Part shown: positions 46,411 through 59,918 of the stretch, piece by piece
Layout of the letters: the number at the start of each line of letters is the position of its first letter
Numbering within the stretch: position 1 is the stretch's first letter
Assembly (NCBI RefSeq): GCF_046119375.1
Contig: NW_027362761.1
Location: 1,051,458,001 to 1,051,522,000, forward strand
From: Phyllobates terribilis
Taxonomy: Eukaryota
DNA length: 64,000 nt
Reading direction: 5' to 3'
Translations under genes and position numbers: made by a program
Notes under the pieces: model-generated
The model's input: only the letters and a program-made list of their open reading frames with translations
Database searches by the model: none
What the model was told of the DNA's origin: nothing

Positions 46411-46895
46411 ATATGTGATCCGTGTGATGGAGAAAACAGAATTTTAAATACCTGGCCTGTAGGTAAGTAGTTTGAACAGCAAACTGCTATGAATTTCTTC
46501 ACTGACACACTAAAGGAAATTTTTAATGGAGGCCAGAAATGGCAGTATTTTCTGACAATGTATATGTGATCCGTGTGACTGAGAAAAAACAGAGTTTTAA
46601 AAACCTGACCTGCAGGTAAGTATTTTGAACAGCAAACTGGTGTGAATTGCTTCACTGACACACTAAAGGAAATTTTTAATGGAGGCCAGAAATGGCAGTA
46701 TTTTCTGACAATGTATATGTGATCCGTGTGACAAAGAAAAAAGAGTTTTAAATACCTGGCCTGTAGGTAAGTAGTTTGAATAGCAAACTGCTGAGAATTG
46801 CTTCACTGACACACTAAAGGAAATTTTTAATGGAGGCAAGAAATGGCAGTATTTTCTGACAACGTATATGTGATCTGTTTGACGGAGAAAACACA
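46411..46895. repeat. ~151-153-bp tandem repeat (3+ copies) in the hAT 5' region
   Basis: ATATGTGATC starts at 46411, 46562, 46715 and 46866. Confidence 0.9.
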
Positions 46896-48753
46896 GTATT
46901 AAATAGATGGATATCTAGCGCTGTAATATGGAAAGGACCTGGCTGTGTTCTGCAGTGCCAACAAGCAAATGGCGCAGAAAAACGGTGTTCTCAGGATTGC
47001 TTTTTAAGCAAACAATGAGGATTAAGATCCAAAGAAAAGTATTCCTGGTCCCTGAGACCTGGGCCTTTGTATAGAAATATCTAACAGCAGCAAAAGGCAG
47101 AATTAGAATGGAGCCTCTTGTACTATATGCACTGCAGTCTGCTATATACCCTGCCTGCCTGCCTATATAGACTGCCTACCTGATATCTCTGCAGATGGAT
47201 TAGTTAGTCCTCAAAAGGACTGTTTGTTAAGATGGATATGTGTAATGTACGGTTTTTCTCCCTTCACTAACTAATACACAAGCAAATCTCTCCCTGACGC
47301 AGCAGCACCTATGGTACAATGTCTTATTCCGGAGTGACTGTAATGAATGAGGCGGCACCAGGACTGATATAGACCTGATGACACTGTGCGGCCAGCCAAT
47401 CACTGTAATGTCACAACCAACATGGCTACTGCATTACAGTGAGTAGCAGGCAATTCCTGCATGTTGATTGGTGCTCTAAAGAGCGCCAAACAAGCAGGGA
47501 GGGGACCCGAGCTCCCACCGAGCAACCCCGGAAATAGTCGGCGAGCACTGAGCATCTCGAGCAGTGAGATGCTTTGGTGAGCACCGAGCAGTAGCGAGCA
47601 TGCTCGCTCATCACTACTAATTTATGTTTGTATTAAAGAGAATGAAAGAGGTTGGACACGAGACAAGCCAAGGAGACCTCAGAGTGTTACACAAATTTTT
47701 TCAGGTTGATCAGAGTACCTGCGATTAACAGCAAATTTATTTGCCACAATTCCATTTTTTTAGGAAAAATTTGCTCAACCTGGTTAAATTAAATTTCAAA
47801 AGATTCGATCATCTTTGGTACAGGGTCAGACTAGTCCACCAGAGTAGTGGAAAATTCTCTGGTGAACCCAAGGACCTGCACTGTTAATTGTTGCAGGTAG
47901 AGCATGCAGCTAGCTCTTGCTATTGATCAGCTTCCCACCCTTCTCAGGGTTGAACAGACAACCTAGGAGAGCGGTGCACTCTTATTGCCACCACCTTCTG
48001 CTGCATCCTGTCGCTCACTCTGAGTGTTGACCAGAATGCTGTTGTTCAGATCAGCTGTCATCTTATCACTGCTTTTTCCCACTAGGTTGAATAACCTGCT
48101 GTTAAGATTAATGCTGATTAATACAGATCAAGCAAGGAGCGTTGCTGTGATTGGTGAAGTCCCTAGTGCGTTAACTATGAAGAATAGAGGAAAATGAATG
48201 GCTCCCTGCTGCTTCACTCACTGGGCCAATCTAAAGTAATATTTGTTTCACCAAGAGTTATTTTTGCTCTTAAGTGACTGAGGGCCCCCCTCATTCAAGG
48301 CTTTATTGGTAAAGCAAACAGAAGTATTCTCTGTGCAGTTCCACAATTCAAGGCTGGATACAGGAGTGAACCGCTGTTGAAAATCTGCACACTCTCTCTC
48401 AGAGGAACCAACCATATCCACAGTGTAAGTTTTATAGCAGAATTTACATTGAATAACACTCAGGAGAGGTAAGGGAGGATAGGGGTGGGAGTTGTCGGCA
48501 CTGCTTCATGACCCTGAGCACAAGTGCTAGGGAAGGAATGTGCCAGGAAGAAGGAACATGCTGCCTGCGAAGCAGCTATAGACTTTTAGCAGTGTGCAGA
48601 GAAGCCTGTTAAAGATACTAATAGTTCTGCTACAAATTTCAAACACCCCTCTGCTATGCACACATGCATTTACACCTCTTTTTCCAACAGATAGGATGTA
48701 ACAGTGTACATACTGTGGATCTATTTATCTATCTATTAAATAGAAAATGTGGG

Positions 48754-49437
48754 TGTCACCCAATTCCTAGGGACTGTGGGTGCTAATCAAGTCCCTTACA
48801 CTAGGGGCTTCTTGGTCTATATCTGTCACCTGGATTACTCTTGAAGGTGGAGACACCGGGTACACATGCCTTGCTAAGCTCCTAAATTAACTCTTATCTG
48901 TTCTCTCCCCTTCCAGGGAGGGTGGAAGCTGAAGTGTATAGGAATGCACTAATCAGACAAACAAGGGGAAGACGGACAGGAATAAATGAAAATAACAATC
49001 ATTCAAAAAAATTACCAAACAACAGAGTGGAACACAGGGGAGTTGAAGGAAGGAGAAACCAAACAGGAGAGGAATGGGAATGTACACACAAACAGAACTT
49101 CAAGCAACATTCTCCTGAGCAAATCTCCAAATGCCAACGCCAACCCCAGACAACAGCTCCAACTCCACACCAGGCATTAAGAACTAACACTGGCAATCCC
49201 TAAATGTCAGCGGCAAGCATATATAGCAAAGGGGAGTGGCCAACACTGAACAGCTGAGATAATTCAGATCGGAAAACTCCAGAAGCCTCAACTGAACAGA
49301 TAAACCCTTGCCCTGCTAGCAAGGAAAAAACCTGCATGATTTAATAAGATCGTGAAGTACTTCTAACCAGTGCAGGAGTTTGTGAAACCAGACGCCGCTA
49401 TCGTCTGGCCTTTCTCTGTCATGGTATCTCTGTGACA
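48754..49437 (-). mobile_element. Probable old solo LTR (684 bp)
   Basis: TGTCAC...GTGACA inverted termini; flanks GTGGG / GGGGG suggest a decayed TSD; strand is a guess. Confidence 0.45.
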
Positions 49438-50227
49438 GGGGGCAGCACCAGCAATGAATAAGTAGTAGGATGCAAAACCTTCCAGGCAAGACTTGTCTCG
49501 TCCTCCAATAAATAAAAAAAAGAGGCAGGACTCCAATATAGAAAAATAGAATAATTACTAGCCCATAGTGGCAGTGGTGACGTTTCAATCCAAATTAGGA
49601 CCTATATAAAGCAGCGTTAACTATACAGGGTGATGCTTTTCATGGTGCATCAATTGTGAAAATATTTAAATAATGTTAAGATTTTACATACATCATAATT
49701 ATTGTACTATAATCAGCAAAAAATGTCCTTATGTAGCACACTAAGCATTGCTGTGAATGCAGGCATAAATAAATCAGTTGGCTTGGTTTTTGTTATACAT
49801 TTTAACCAAGCGACCACAACAATCATAAAAATTATAAGTTCTTTATTTGCAAATCAACAATTAGGTAACATAAGAAAAAATAAACAATTAATAAACAGCC
49901 ACACACTGTGAGGGACATCAACAGTTAATCTGCTATAATATCATTATATAATCTGTCTAATCAGAATGATCTCTGAAAATGATATGCTGTGTAAGCTGAT
50001 AAACTACCTTGGTGCATGAAATTGTGTTACAAATACAGAGACTACCAGCTATCTATAGGGCATGGAATGACCAGCAGTCAGACAGAAGCTATTCCCAAAA
50101 TAAGGTGCATAATGCTAAAGCATGTGCTGTAAAAAAATAGAAAGTTTCAATGTGCAAATATATTTTTTACAACACCTTATATAGAGCTACCAGGGCGAAA
50201 ATGCACAGAGGAAAAGATGTCCCTCCA

Positions 50228-50264
50228 CCCCAATGTACGTTTCATGTATAACTTCCTCAGGGGG
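50228..50264 (-). ncRNA. Degenerate hammerhead motif in a probable Penelope terminal-repeat remnant
   Basis: Minus strand CCCC-CTGAGGA-AGTTATACAT-GAAA-CGTACATT-GGGG; canonical core but stems II and III are damaged. Confidence 0.4.
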
Positions 50265-50610
50265 CGTGCCTACAGAGGGGATGTCAGTACCTTATATATA
50301 CTAAACTGGTTAATGGAGTGTTTTGAAATCATCACGTGTTGGCAGTAGTGCATATGATATTACCGGCTCATGAAGCCCCAGCTCAGCATCCTATGTCAGG
50401 TGACTTCTGGTTTCCGGTCTGTGGAGTGCAAGCGTACCACGTCACCAGGGGAACGCTGTATGATGCAGCACACATGCAGTCCCTGTGGCCGGAATCCCCA
50501 AAGTTCTAGGTGCAGGTGTAAGGTGCATGGGCACTACTTGTGCAATAGGCTTGGAGGCGAGGGAGAGAGGAATTGTTGCTGCAGACATAATATTTACCGA
50601 CCTGCTAATA

Positions 50611-52051
50611 CACTGCTCAAAAAAATAAAGGTAACACTCAAATAACACATCCTAGATCTGAATGAATGAAATATTCTCATTGAATACTTTGTTCTGTACA
50701 AAGTTGAATGTGCTGACAACAAAATCACACAAAAATCATCAATGGAAATCAAATTTATTAACCAATGGAGGCCTGGATTTGGAGTCAACCCCAAAATGAA
50801 TTGGAAAAACACACTACAGGCTGATCCAACTTTGATGTAATGTCCTTAAAACAAGTCAAAATGAGGCTCAGTATTGTGTGTGGCCTCCACGTGCCTTTAG
50901 AACCTCCGTACAATGCTTGGGCATGCTCCTCATGAGCTTGCGGATAGTCTCCTGTGGGATCTCCTCCCAGACCTGGACTAAAGCATCCGCCAACTCCATC
51001 TTGCAGGAACTGCTGACACACTCCAGTCGCATGAGGTCTGTCATTGTCCTGCATTAGGAGGAACCCAGGGCCAACCGCACCAGCATATGATCTCATCTCG
51101 GTACCTAATGGCAGTCAGGCTACCTCTGGCGAGCACATGGAGGGCTGTGCGGCCCTCCAAAGAAATGCCACCCCACACCATTACTGACCCACTGCCAAAC
51201 CGGTCATGCTGAATGATGTTGCAGGCAGCAGATCGCTCTCCACAGCGTCTCCAGACTCTGTCACGTTGGTCACATGTGCTCAGTGTGAACCTGCTTTCAT
51301 CTGTGAAGAGCACAGGGCGCCTGTGGCGACTTTGCCAATCCTGGTGTTCTGTGGCAAATGCCAAGCGTCCTGCACGGTGTTGGGATGTGAGCACAACCCC
51401 CATCTGTGGACGTCGGGCCCTCATACCAGCCTCATGGAGTCGGATTCTAACCGTTTGTGCAGACACATGCACATTTGTGGCCTGCTGGAGGTCATTTTGC
51501 AGGGCTCTGGCAGTGCTCCTCCTGTTCCTCCTTGCACAAAGGCAGAGGCAGCGGTCCTGCTGCTGGGTTGTTGCCCTCCTACAGCCCCCTCAACGTCTCC
51601 TGGTGTACTGGCCTGTCTCCTGGTAGTGCCTCCAGCCTCTGGACACTACGTTGACAGACACAGCAAACCTACTTGCCACAGCTCACATTTATGTGCCATC
51701 CTGGATGAGCTGCACTACATGAGCAACTTCTGTGGGTTGTAGAGTCCGTCTCATGCTACCACGAGTGTGAAAGCACAACAAACATTCAAAAGTGACCAAA
51801 ACATCAGCCAGAAAGCATTGGCACTGAGATGTGGTCTGTGGTTCCCACCTGCAGAACCACTCCTTTATTGAGTGTGTCTTGATAATTGCCAATAATTTCC
51901 ATCTATTATCTATTCCATTTGCACAACAGCATGTGAAATTGATTGTCAATCAGTGTGGCTTCCTAAGTGGACAGTTTGATTTCAAAGAAGTTTGATTTAC
52001 TTGGAGTTATATTCTGTTGTTTAAGTGTTCCCTTTATTTTTTTGAGCAGTG
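50611..52051 (-). mobile_element. Tc1/mariner element (1441 bp), internally deleted
   Basis: TIRs CACTGCTCAAAAAAATAAAGG(G/T)AACAC; TA at 50609-50610 and 52052-52053; remnants [27 protein letters not shown]. Confidence 0.92.
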
Positions 52052-53703
52052 TATATATAAATATGATTGCAATAACATAGCTGGAGTAAGCTACTAGATA
52101 GTCATTTATTTTTAAGCTATGTTGAATGGTAATAGTTGGAACTGCCCAATATTTAAGGTGACAGTACCGTGAATAGATATGTTAAAAAAATAGACCATGC
52201 TTACTAAGAGTTATATAAAAAGATGCAAAAGTGTCCATTTATCAAATTATGACAGAATCAATCATTAGATATCAAAATACAAGTTTGCAAACTAAAAGAT
52301 GAGCTAAAGTGAGAGTGCATACAAATAAAGTGAAATATGCCAATTATTCAATATTTATTATTGAGGTTGTCATAGAAATATTAAGAATTTCTCTTACCCA
52401 GACCCTTCTTCACCCCCCTCCCCTATAGTATTTGTCAGAGGAGAACTGACACTCCACACAGCTGTCTCCATGCAAAATCAGCCCACACAGTAAAAGTAGC
52501 TTGTTAGCAAATGCTAGCACAAAAGGTGCTACTGCCCCAATTAAAATGCGAGTGTAGATTTCAGTGACACAGACCTGCGACAATTTACATCTAGCTGAGG
52601 AAGATTAATCCCCAGCTTCAAAAAAATTCAACAGAAATTTGCAGCTGTTCCGGTTACAACACAAAATATAGAATATCTGGAGTTCTATAATTCCGATAAT
52701 AATGGGGCCCATATTTTTAGTGGCAGGGTCAGCTAAGGAACAATATGCTTATTTTCCCGTAGTTGCAAGCACCTCCAGTGAGCTGGCGCAAAAGTGCCGG
52801 AATAATGGAATGCAGCCAGGTCATGTGTGGTCTCTAAGGAAAGGTAAATTCATAATGGAAAATATGGTATCACTTTCAGCTTCTGCGATCAACCAGCAAT
52901 AAGTTATCACAGAAGCCAGCTAATTTAATAAAAATGGGAAGGCTGGAGTCCAACCCACATGATGTCATCCCAGGGGGTGTGTGGGCAGGTCTCCCCCTTT
53001 GGCATAAAAGACTCCACTGAGGATGGGTCATTATTCATTGTCGGGGGGTATAGAGACTATAAGCAAAGGATCACGCTTGATAACGGTCAAATTGGGGCGC
53101 CCCCCCTTGCAGCTATACTGAGTCATCTCTGCGAACTTTATAGTAACAAACACTACTCCAAAAGCATAAATAATGCATACTGGCTAGAGAAAGAATATAT
53201 CATATCTCCCCATCTGATCATAATAGACAACAATATGCAGTGGGTCCCCAATCATGACACCTAAGCTTGGAAAAAATTCCAAATACCACTTGCAAATATA
53301 AAATACCAATTCTTTATTAACAAATAGTAAAATAGTGAAATAGTGATTAGAAAATCGTTCACAGATAATCACAAAAGTTTAAAAACATTTTCAAGAGGAA
53401 AAGGATGAAACAAAGAGTCGGTCAAAGAGGGACAGCATTAGTATCAGTTTTTTAGTAATAGTAAGTAGTGACAATACAATCTCCCATACTAACTAGTAGA
53501 GCTGGCCATATAGGAAAATCATACATTGAATGCCCTAACCGTGAATGTCCATAAATCGACCCACAAATATGGCTCACAAGAGTTTATTGGCCATTATGGA
53601 GAGAAAGGTAAAAATATATTTGCACTATTAATTACACCAATCCAAATCATAAAGCTTACCCATCAGGAGTGTAGCTGAGTTCTGTCCCGTGCCACCAGTA
53701 ATG

Positions 53704-53744
53704 CCCCGACGTGCGTTTCGCACACCCAGTGCTTTCTCAAGGGG
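53704..53744 (-). ncRNA. Minimal hammerhead motif with a U3-A8 core variant
   Basis: Minus strand CCCC-TTGAGAA-A-GCAC-TGGGT-GTGC-GAAAC-GCAC-GTC-GGGG; 4-bp stems I and II, GUC cleavage triplet. Confidence 0.6.
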
Positions 53745-54615
53745 AGTGTGATGTAAGAGTGTGTGCCTTACCGTATTTATATTCGGCCCCATCCGGTGTA
53801 CGCCAATAGATGTATCGCATGTCCGCACTGAACAGAGGATCCGGAAGTGCGGGGTCCAGCTCTCCTTTCCGGCACGCATTAGGGAAATCCCAATTTGACG
53901 TCGTATATGCATGCCGGAAATAACGGAGGCCTTAGCCCAACACTGGACCGGCTGTCACAGTGTGCATGCGCCTGCCGGCGCCATTTTCTAGGAGCCCCAT
54001 ATGTGTACACAAACACGGACAAAAAAAAATAAAGTGCCTACCCATGGAACCACTAACATACAATCAAAGGTATTATCCCCATACATATATATATGAGAGA
54101 AAGGAGAATATGCAGAGCCCCAAATGAAGGATCATAAATAAACGTATCACAGAGGAATTATCTCTTCACCATTATCCCCCAATATTTGAGATCATTAATC
54201 AATGCAGTATACATGATACGTGAAAGAACCGAGGATAAAGAGGCATGCTTATTAAAGTGCCTGACACAACATCAATAGTGGGTGAGTATACATCAATGGA
54301 GATAACATATAATGAAGCAATATAACGTCCATCTTTTATATAGATAAATACATCTCCAAAGGAGATATCCATTGGTGTAAAGGTAATGCTTCCATTCTCT
54401 TTTGTTCCTTATTAGGGCTTAAATGCATAGGAGTCCGAGGTAGTTGTCAGTCCAGCGCTGTTGAATTTATATATACTTCCAATTTATCAATGAATTCAAA
54501 TGATGGTAAACACAGATCATTCTTACTAAAATACAGAGGCATAAAAGAGAAAAGTTAAAACCACATCAAACCAAGAAAAAATAAAATCAGAATGTAATTA
54601 AAAAAACCATAAAGA

Positions 54616-57140
54616 TTACAGGAAAGGTGAGAAGCTGAGTTTCTCATTTAAACCAGTTTGTGACATAGTTCCCAAATTAACAATCCACTTAAGTTCAAGT
54701 TGGGCTAGTGCTTTTTTGATGTCACCACCCCTGGTTCCACAGTGGACTCGATCAATCCCCCTTATTTTAAAACGCCGAGGATCGGAGTTATGGTGGATCT
54801 TAAAATGTTTGGGGACAGTCTTCAAAGTCATTTGGTCCTCCACCTCCCTTGCCGCAATGATATCCCTGACATGTCCTCGAGTCCGAATACGTAACTCCCT
54901 GGATGTAAGTCCTACATAAATTTTCTCACATGGACACATCCCATAGTAAATCACATAGGATGTGCTGCAGGATATGTAGCTGGTGACCGCGAAGGTCCGA
55001 GTCCCATCTGCTGTATCAAAAGAGTTGGCTCTAATTATATTGCCCTTTGTACAGGCAAGGCAGTCGCCAAAGGGAAAACATCCCCATCTCTGTTTATTGG
55101 ACCCAAAATGATTTTTTACTTTTGCCACATAGTAGCTTTTAACTAGATGATCCCGGAGGTTTTTACTATGTCTCGCTGTCATTAATGGACCTCAGGGATC
55201 TCCTTCCTCAGGACCGGATCAGTCAATAAAATGGGCCAATGCTTAACAAGAATATTTTTCATTGAGTTCCATTGACACTCAAAGGTGGAAATAAATCGCG
55301 TTTTTGGGTTATCTGTTTATTTCTTTTTGGTGGTCATGAGGAGTTTCCCCCGTGGCACTGTCCTTGCCCTGTTAAATCCCTTCTTGATCATTCTGCGGAT
55401 ATAGCCCCTCTCCAGGAAGTGATCCCGCAGATCATGGGCCTGCTGTTCAAAGGTGGTGATTGTGGAGCATGTTCTTTTGGCTCTAAAAAATTGTCCAATA
55501 GGGATAGCCCTAATGGTTGAGGGTAAATGAGCAGATGACGCATGTAATACAGAGTTTACAGATGTAGTCTTGCGATGAATACTAGTCTGGATCAGGCCCA
55601 TCTGGCCAACCGACATTGCAATGTTCAAGAAATCGATCTCTTTTCTACTGAATTTATATGTAAGTTTAATATTATAATTATTCATGTTTAGTTGCTCAAA
55701 AAAGGTTTTTAACTCAAACACAGTTCCCTGCCAGATAATCAAAAGATCATCTGTATCTGAACCAGTGCTGCACATGGCCTATAGCACGTGCCCCATTGTC
55801 GTAAAACAACTCCCTCTCCCAAAGGTCGAGGAAGAGATTCGCGTACGATGGGGCGCATTCAGCGCCCATGGCAGTACAGTGTCTCTGTAAATAAAAACGA
55901 TCCTTAAAAGCCAAAAGATTGTGTTTGAGAATAAAGTCTAATAAATCCAGGATCAAATTGACCATGGGCCTGTCCAGACTGCTCATCTCCAAAAAAAACC
56001 GAGTGGCTCTAATTCCATCCCAATGGTCTATGCAGGTATACAGGGACTCCACATCCGCGGTCACCAGCCACATATCCTCATACAGGGAGATACCGTCCAA
56101 TTTCCCCAGGACGTCCGAAGAGTCCCTGACATAGGAGGGCAACGTCTCAACTAATGGTTTTAAATAGTAATCAATAAATTTACACACTGGTTCACATAAT
56201 CCTCCTATGCAAGAGACTATTGGACGCCCCGGGGGATCCACTGGGTCTTTGTGGACTTTAGCAAGCAGATATAGAGTGGGTAATTTGGGAAATTTGACTG
56301 TTAAACCTTCCAATATTTTTTTCGGAATTATTCCTGCCTCATGTGCCCTGATCAAAATTCTCTGAAGTTCACACCTAAATTGAGATGTTGGATTATTCTT
56401 AAGAATGGAATAGTTTTCCTTATTCCTGAGCTGTCTATACACTTCCCTCTCATATTGTTCAATCGGCCAGATCACGACATTTCCTCCCTTGTCGGCCGCC
56501 TTTATAACCACATCATCCATAGCCTTTAGCTCTTTAAGGGCTTTCCTCTGTAAAGGATGTAGGTTGTCTCTCCTGATCCCACTTGGGATTTTTTTAAAAT
56601 CCTCCATAACCATTTTAGCAAAGATTTCTATTGGCGAGCAGACCGACAAGCTGGGAAATGCGGTTGATCTCGGCATAATTGCACAGGGAAAATCAACACT
56701 CGTGCCTTGTTCTAGTAAGAGATCCTCTAATACACCCAGTGCCTCCAATTCCCTATCACTAGTGAGACCAGACTCATACTCGGGTCTATGATGTAACTTT
56801 TTCAAAGTTAACTTACAACAAAAGGGGTGGAGGTCCTTGACTGCCAAAAAATAATCGAATCCACTGGTTGGTGAGAAAGATAGGCCCAGTTTCAAGAGTT
56901 CACAGTGTGCCGGAGACAAATTATGTGTGGAGAGATAATTACCTCCATATTATTACTCCTGGTATTCTTGGTGTATTGTTATGGTGGGGTGATTTTTCGT
57001 TTGGAGTAGGATTTAGTAATGTTTCTTAAATCCCTTGTGTTCCCCACGATGACATTATTCTCAGATTGAGAGTCACTGGTAGTGGGATGAGCCCCATCCA
57101 TGGAGGTATAGGATGAGACCGAACCAGAACGGGACCTAAT
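54616..57140 (-). pseudogene. Penelope polyprotein (RT and GIY-YIG endonuclease), frameshifted
   Basis: ORF pieces 55747-56919 (RT), 55317-55775 (thumb region) and 54616-55182 (GIY-YIG). Confidence 0.9.
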
Positions 57141-57649
57141 CATTAGTGTTGAGCCACCCCCGTAGTGTTCGAGTTCGGTTCGGTTCGTCGAACACCCGTG
57201 TGCTCGCCGAACTGTTCGTCGAACTGTTCGTCGAACACCTTCGAACACCGTTAAAACCAATGGCAGGCAAACAAAAACACATAGAAACACATAGAAAACA
57301 CCTTCAAAGGTGTCCAAAAGCTGACAAACTGCTCAGAAGACACAACTAACACATGGAAAAGTGACAAGTACATATAGTCATGCGAAAAGAAAAGAGGTGG
57401 AGGAGTAAAAGGAGGGGGAGACACAGATATAGGCATGTCATGCCCTTCTAAAATCCAAAAAGTGAGAAGCCGACACGGCCAGTCCGCTCCTGCCCGTGCC
57501 ACCTTCGTGTCCCCGGGTTTGTGCCAGAGCCGCGGTGAACCCTGACGGCCAGCCCCCCTCTCCCAATACTGGTGCCTGTCCCCTGGTGGGTCGAGCGAGC
57601 CCCCCTGTGGTGGAGGCAGCTCTAAGCTTTTTAATTTAAATTGTCTCTC

Positions 57650-57951
57650 TAATTTGAATGAATACACTTTAAATCCATTTACAAGGATCTATTGGAGGGC
57701 AAGTCTCATGCCAGCAGCCGCGTAATTCCAGCTCCAGTAGCGTCCACTAAAGCTGCTGCAGTTAAAAAGCTTTTATAAGGATCGAGCTCGGCTGTCCACC
57801 GCAAGGCATCCTACTGCCAGTCCCAGCCCCTATGCCTTGGGGTGCCTCCTGATGCTCTTCACTGAGTATCCCGTGGTCCCGAAGCATTTCCTTTGAAAAA
57901 ATTAAGTGTCCAAACTACAGGTGGTGTAGCTTGCTTAACAGCCGGGATAAT
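57650..57951 (+). pseudogene. Degenerate 18S rRNA fragment (helix 18 to V4 region)
   Basis: CTATTGGAGGGCAAGTCTCATGCCAGCAGCCGCG-TAATTCCAGCTCCAGTAGCG...GCAGTTAAAAAGC and GAAGCATTTCCTTTGAAAAAATTA match universal 18S motifs with many substitutions; no flanking rDNA. Confidence 0.85.
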
Positions 57952-58025
57952 ACGCCGACTAGCAGACACTGCTACTAGGCACAAAGTATTTTGTGGGCTA
58001 GATGCAGTTAAAAATTTGTAATTAG

Positions 58026-59845
58026 ATACTCTCGTTGGATGCTGAGAAAGCATTCCATAGAGTCTCCTGGCACGCCATATATGATTCTCTTAAAAAGCTT
58101 GGGGTAGGGGTCTAGGGAACCCTTTTATAGCCAAAATCACGGCCCTGTATCGCAATACGTCACCTAGGCTGAAGATAAATGGAACTGTAGCACCCTGAGG
58201 GCTCGGTTGCTACAGAGGTATTGCACCTCACCCAGAGGTGTGATATCTCACTCTCAGGTAAGGATGGAGTGTGGATCAGGACCCGACACCTGCATGCATT
58301 ACACCACATTGCCGTGGGGCAGGGCGACCAATATGCCCCTGAGATGGGCACGACAGTCCCTGTCCCTGGCTGGAGTGGGGGGAGGGAACACTGAGGAAGG
58401 GGAACCCTGTAGTGCAGGAGCAGGGAGGAAGCAGTTCCTGGGTGCATTGAGAAGGGAGCATAAAAGGTGGGCACCATCTTAGTTCAGTGCAGAGAAGTCT
58501 GAGCAGAAGTGACAGGGAGCAGGGGCTCTGCATGAGCTCTGCTCCGGAGGCGGGTCTAGTAACAGAGGCCCAGGCCTGGAAGAGGGAGAAGGAAGGAAGA
58601 GGAGCGGAGAAGGCTCCAGGAACGAGGAACGAAGGGATCCCACGGGTGCGGACGGGCGAGTCGCCACTGCACGCCCGAATCCACCTGCGTGGAGGGGTCA
58701 GGCCAAAGGGGGAGACCGGTCCCCAAAACTAGTGGAGGCAGGAAACGACCCTCAGCTAGAAACCGGAGGTTGTGACATTTTATGTGGCGCAGCCCCTCGC
58801 TACACCCGCTAGAAAGGCACCACATAGGGTCAGGGAAACTGGCGCCAAGTTTACCAAGAGGAGGCCCGAGGCTGCCGGACAGAAGGGTTGGTAAGAAAGG
58901 CCAGACAAAGGACACACAAAGGGGGTTCTGTGAAGCGCTCCAAAGTTATCTGGGAGTTGTCTGAGCCCCTCACCTGGTGAGCACAGTACGACGTGGGCAG
59001 CCGTTACCTGCAGACGTGGTCTGGATAATAAGAACTGTGAGTAAAGGCCCTGGACTGCATCACTGACTCCGTGTCGTTACTGCTGCTGCCCTGCACCATC
59101 ACCCCCATCCTCCGCATACACTGCCCTGAGGCTATACCCCTCCCGTGGGGAGTTATGCTATGCTCTGCTGCACCCACAACACCAGCCTCAGCGGTCTGCT
59201 CTGCAGCGGCGGTTCACTCTGACCGAAATCCACGGGTGGCGTAGTCGGACATTTAAACATCAAAACCACATAAATAGTTCCACCATTGGTTTGACCGCCC
59301 TGAGCCACGGAACCGGGTCACCGCCACGGAGACTACAACCACCAGCATCCACCAAAAAGGGTACGGCTCCGGGTGTCCCAAGGCCCAGGGGGTGCATCAG
59401 AACATTTTCATCACCTTTCACAATCACCAATGGGACAAGGCAGGGATGTCCTCTGTCCCCTCTCTTATACATCCTAGTGATGGAGCACCTGCTCTCATCA
59501 ATTCGCCATAACCCCAATATTAGGTGGATTGAGGTGGGAGGCACCGAGTACAAGTGCTCTCTATTTGCTGATGATGTCCTAGTATATATCACTCAATCAC
59601 ATATATCCATCCATGCTGTTATGGCTGAAATAGATCACTTTGTTACATGGTCAAATTTTAAAATCAATGCAGCGAAGTCTGAGGCCCTCGATGTCTCCCT
59701 CCTCAAATCCATACAGGATTCCATCCAGTCCAACTTTCCCTTTGCCTGGCCCTCACAGGGTATCAAATACTTAGGAATTCCTCATAGTGACCTCTCCCAT
59801 CTATGTTATCTTAATTTTGGGCCCTTTATTGAACAACTCCATACA
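58026..59845 (+). pseudogene. L1/Tx1-type LINE reverse transcriptase fragment interrupted by a solo LTR
   Basis: LSLDAEKAFHRVSW (from 58026) rejoins across the LTR as KINGT|FSSPFTITNGTRQGCPLSPLL, then SLFADDV and KYLGI motifs. Confidence 0.88.
58186..59399 (+). mobile_element. Solo LTR (1214 bp), Gypsy-like
   Basis: Starts TGTAGCACCC, ends GGGTGCATCA; 4-bp TSD GAAC at 58182-58185 and 59400-59403; removal restores the L1 reading frame. Confidence 0.88.
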
Positions 59846-59918
59846 GACCACGGTTGGCAAGTTAGAACTGTAAGATTCACTACGTGAACCACTGATGTTT
59901 TGTGGAAAAGCACATGTA

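Larger units (their letters stand above)
40408..47616 (-). mobile_element. Full-length hAT element (7.2 kb), inactive
   Basis: TIRs TAGTGATGAGCGAGCA at both ends; near-TSD CTAATTAT (40400-40407) / CTAATTTA (47617-47624); contains a minus-strand transposase pseudogene. Confidence 0.88.
53400..57143 (-). mobile_element. Penelope-like retroelement (RT + GIY-YIG), cut off by a hAT insertion at 57144
   Basis: RT motifs KAADKGG, PPGRPIVS, LVTADVESLYT, TAMGAECAPSYANLF; GIY-YIG YVIYYGMCPCEKIYVGLTSR; hammerhead-bearing terminal region; left boundary approximate. Confidence 0.88.

Noticed and set aside
52399-52480. Minus-strand exon METAVWSVSSPLTNTIGEGGEEGS ending at a GTAAGA donor
   Set aside because: Only a donor and a short frame support it, there is no recognisable homology, and its phase cannot be linked to the other candidate exons.
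57440-57620. GC-rich stretch as a possible 28S rRNA fragment
   Set aside because: Only loose resemblance at short anchors; cannot be supported without an alignment.
57650-57951. Functional rRNA gene or contaminant
   Set aside because: Short, mutated in universally conserved positions, and embedded in transposon sequence.
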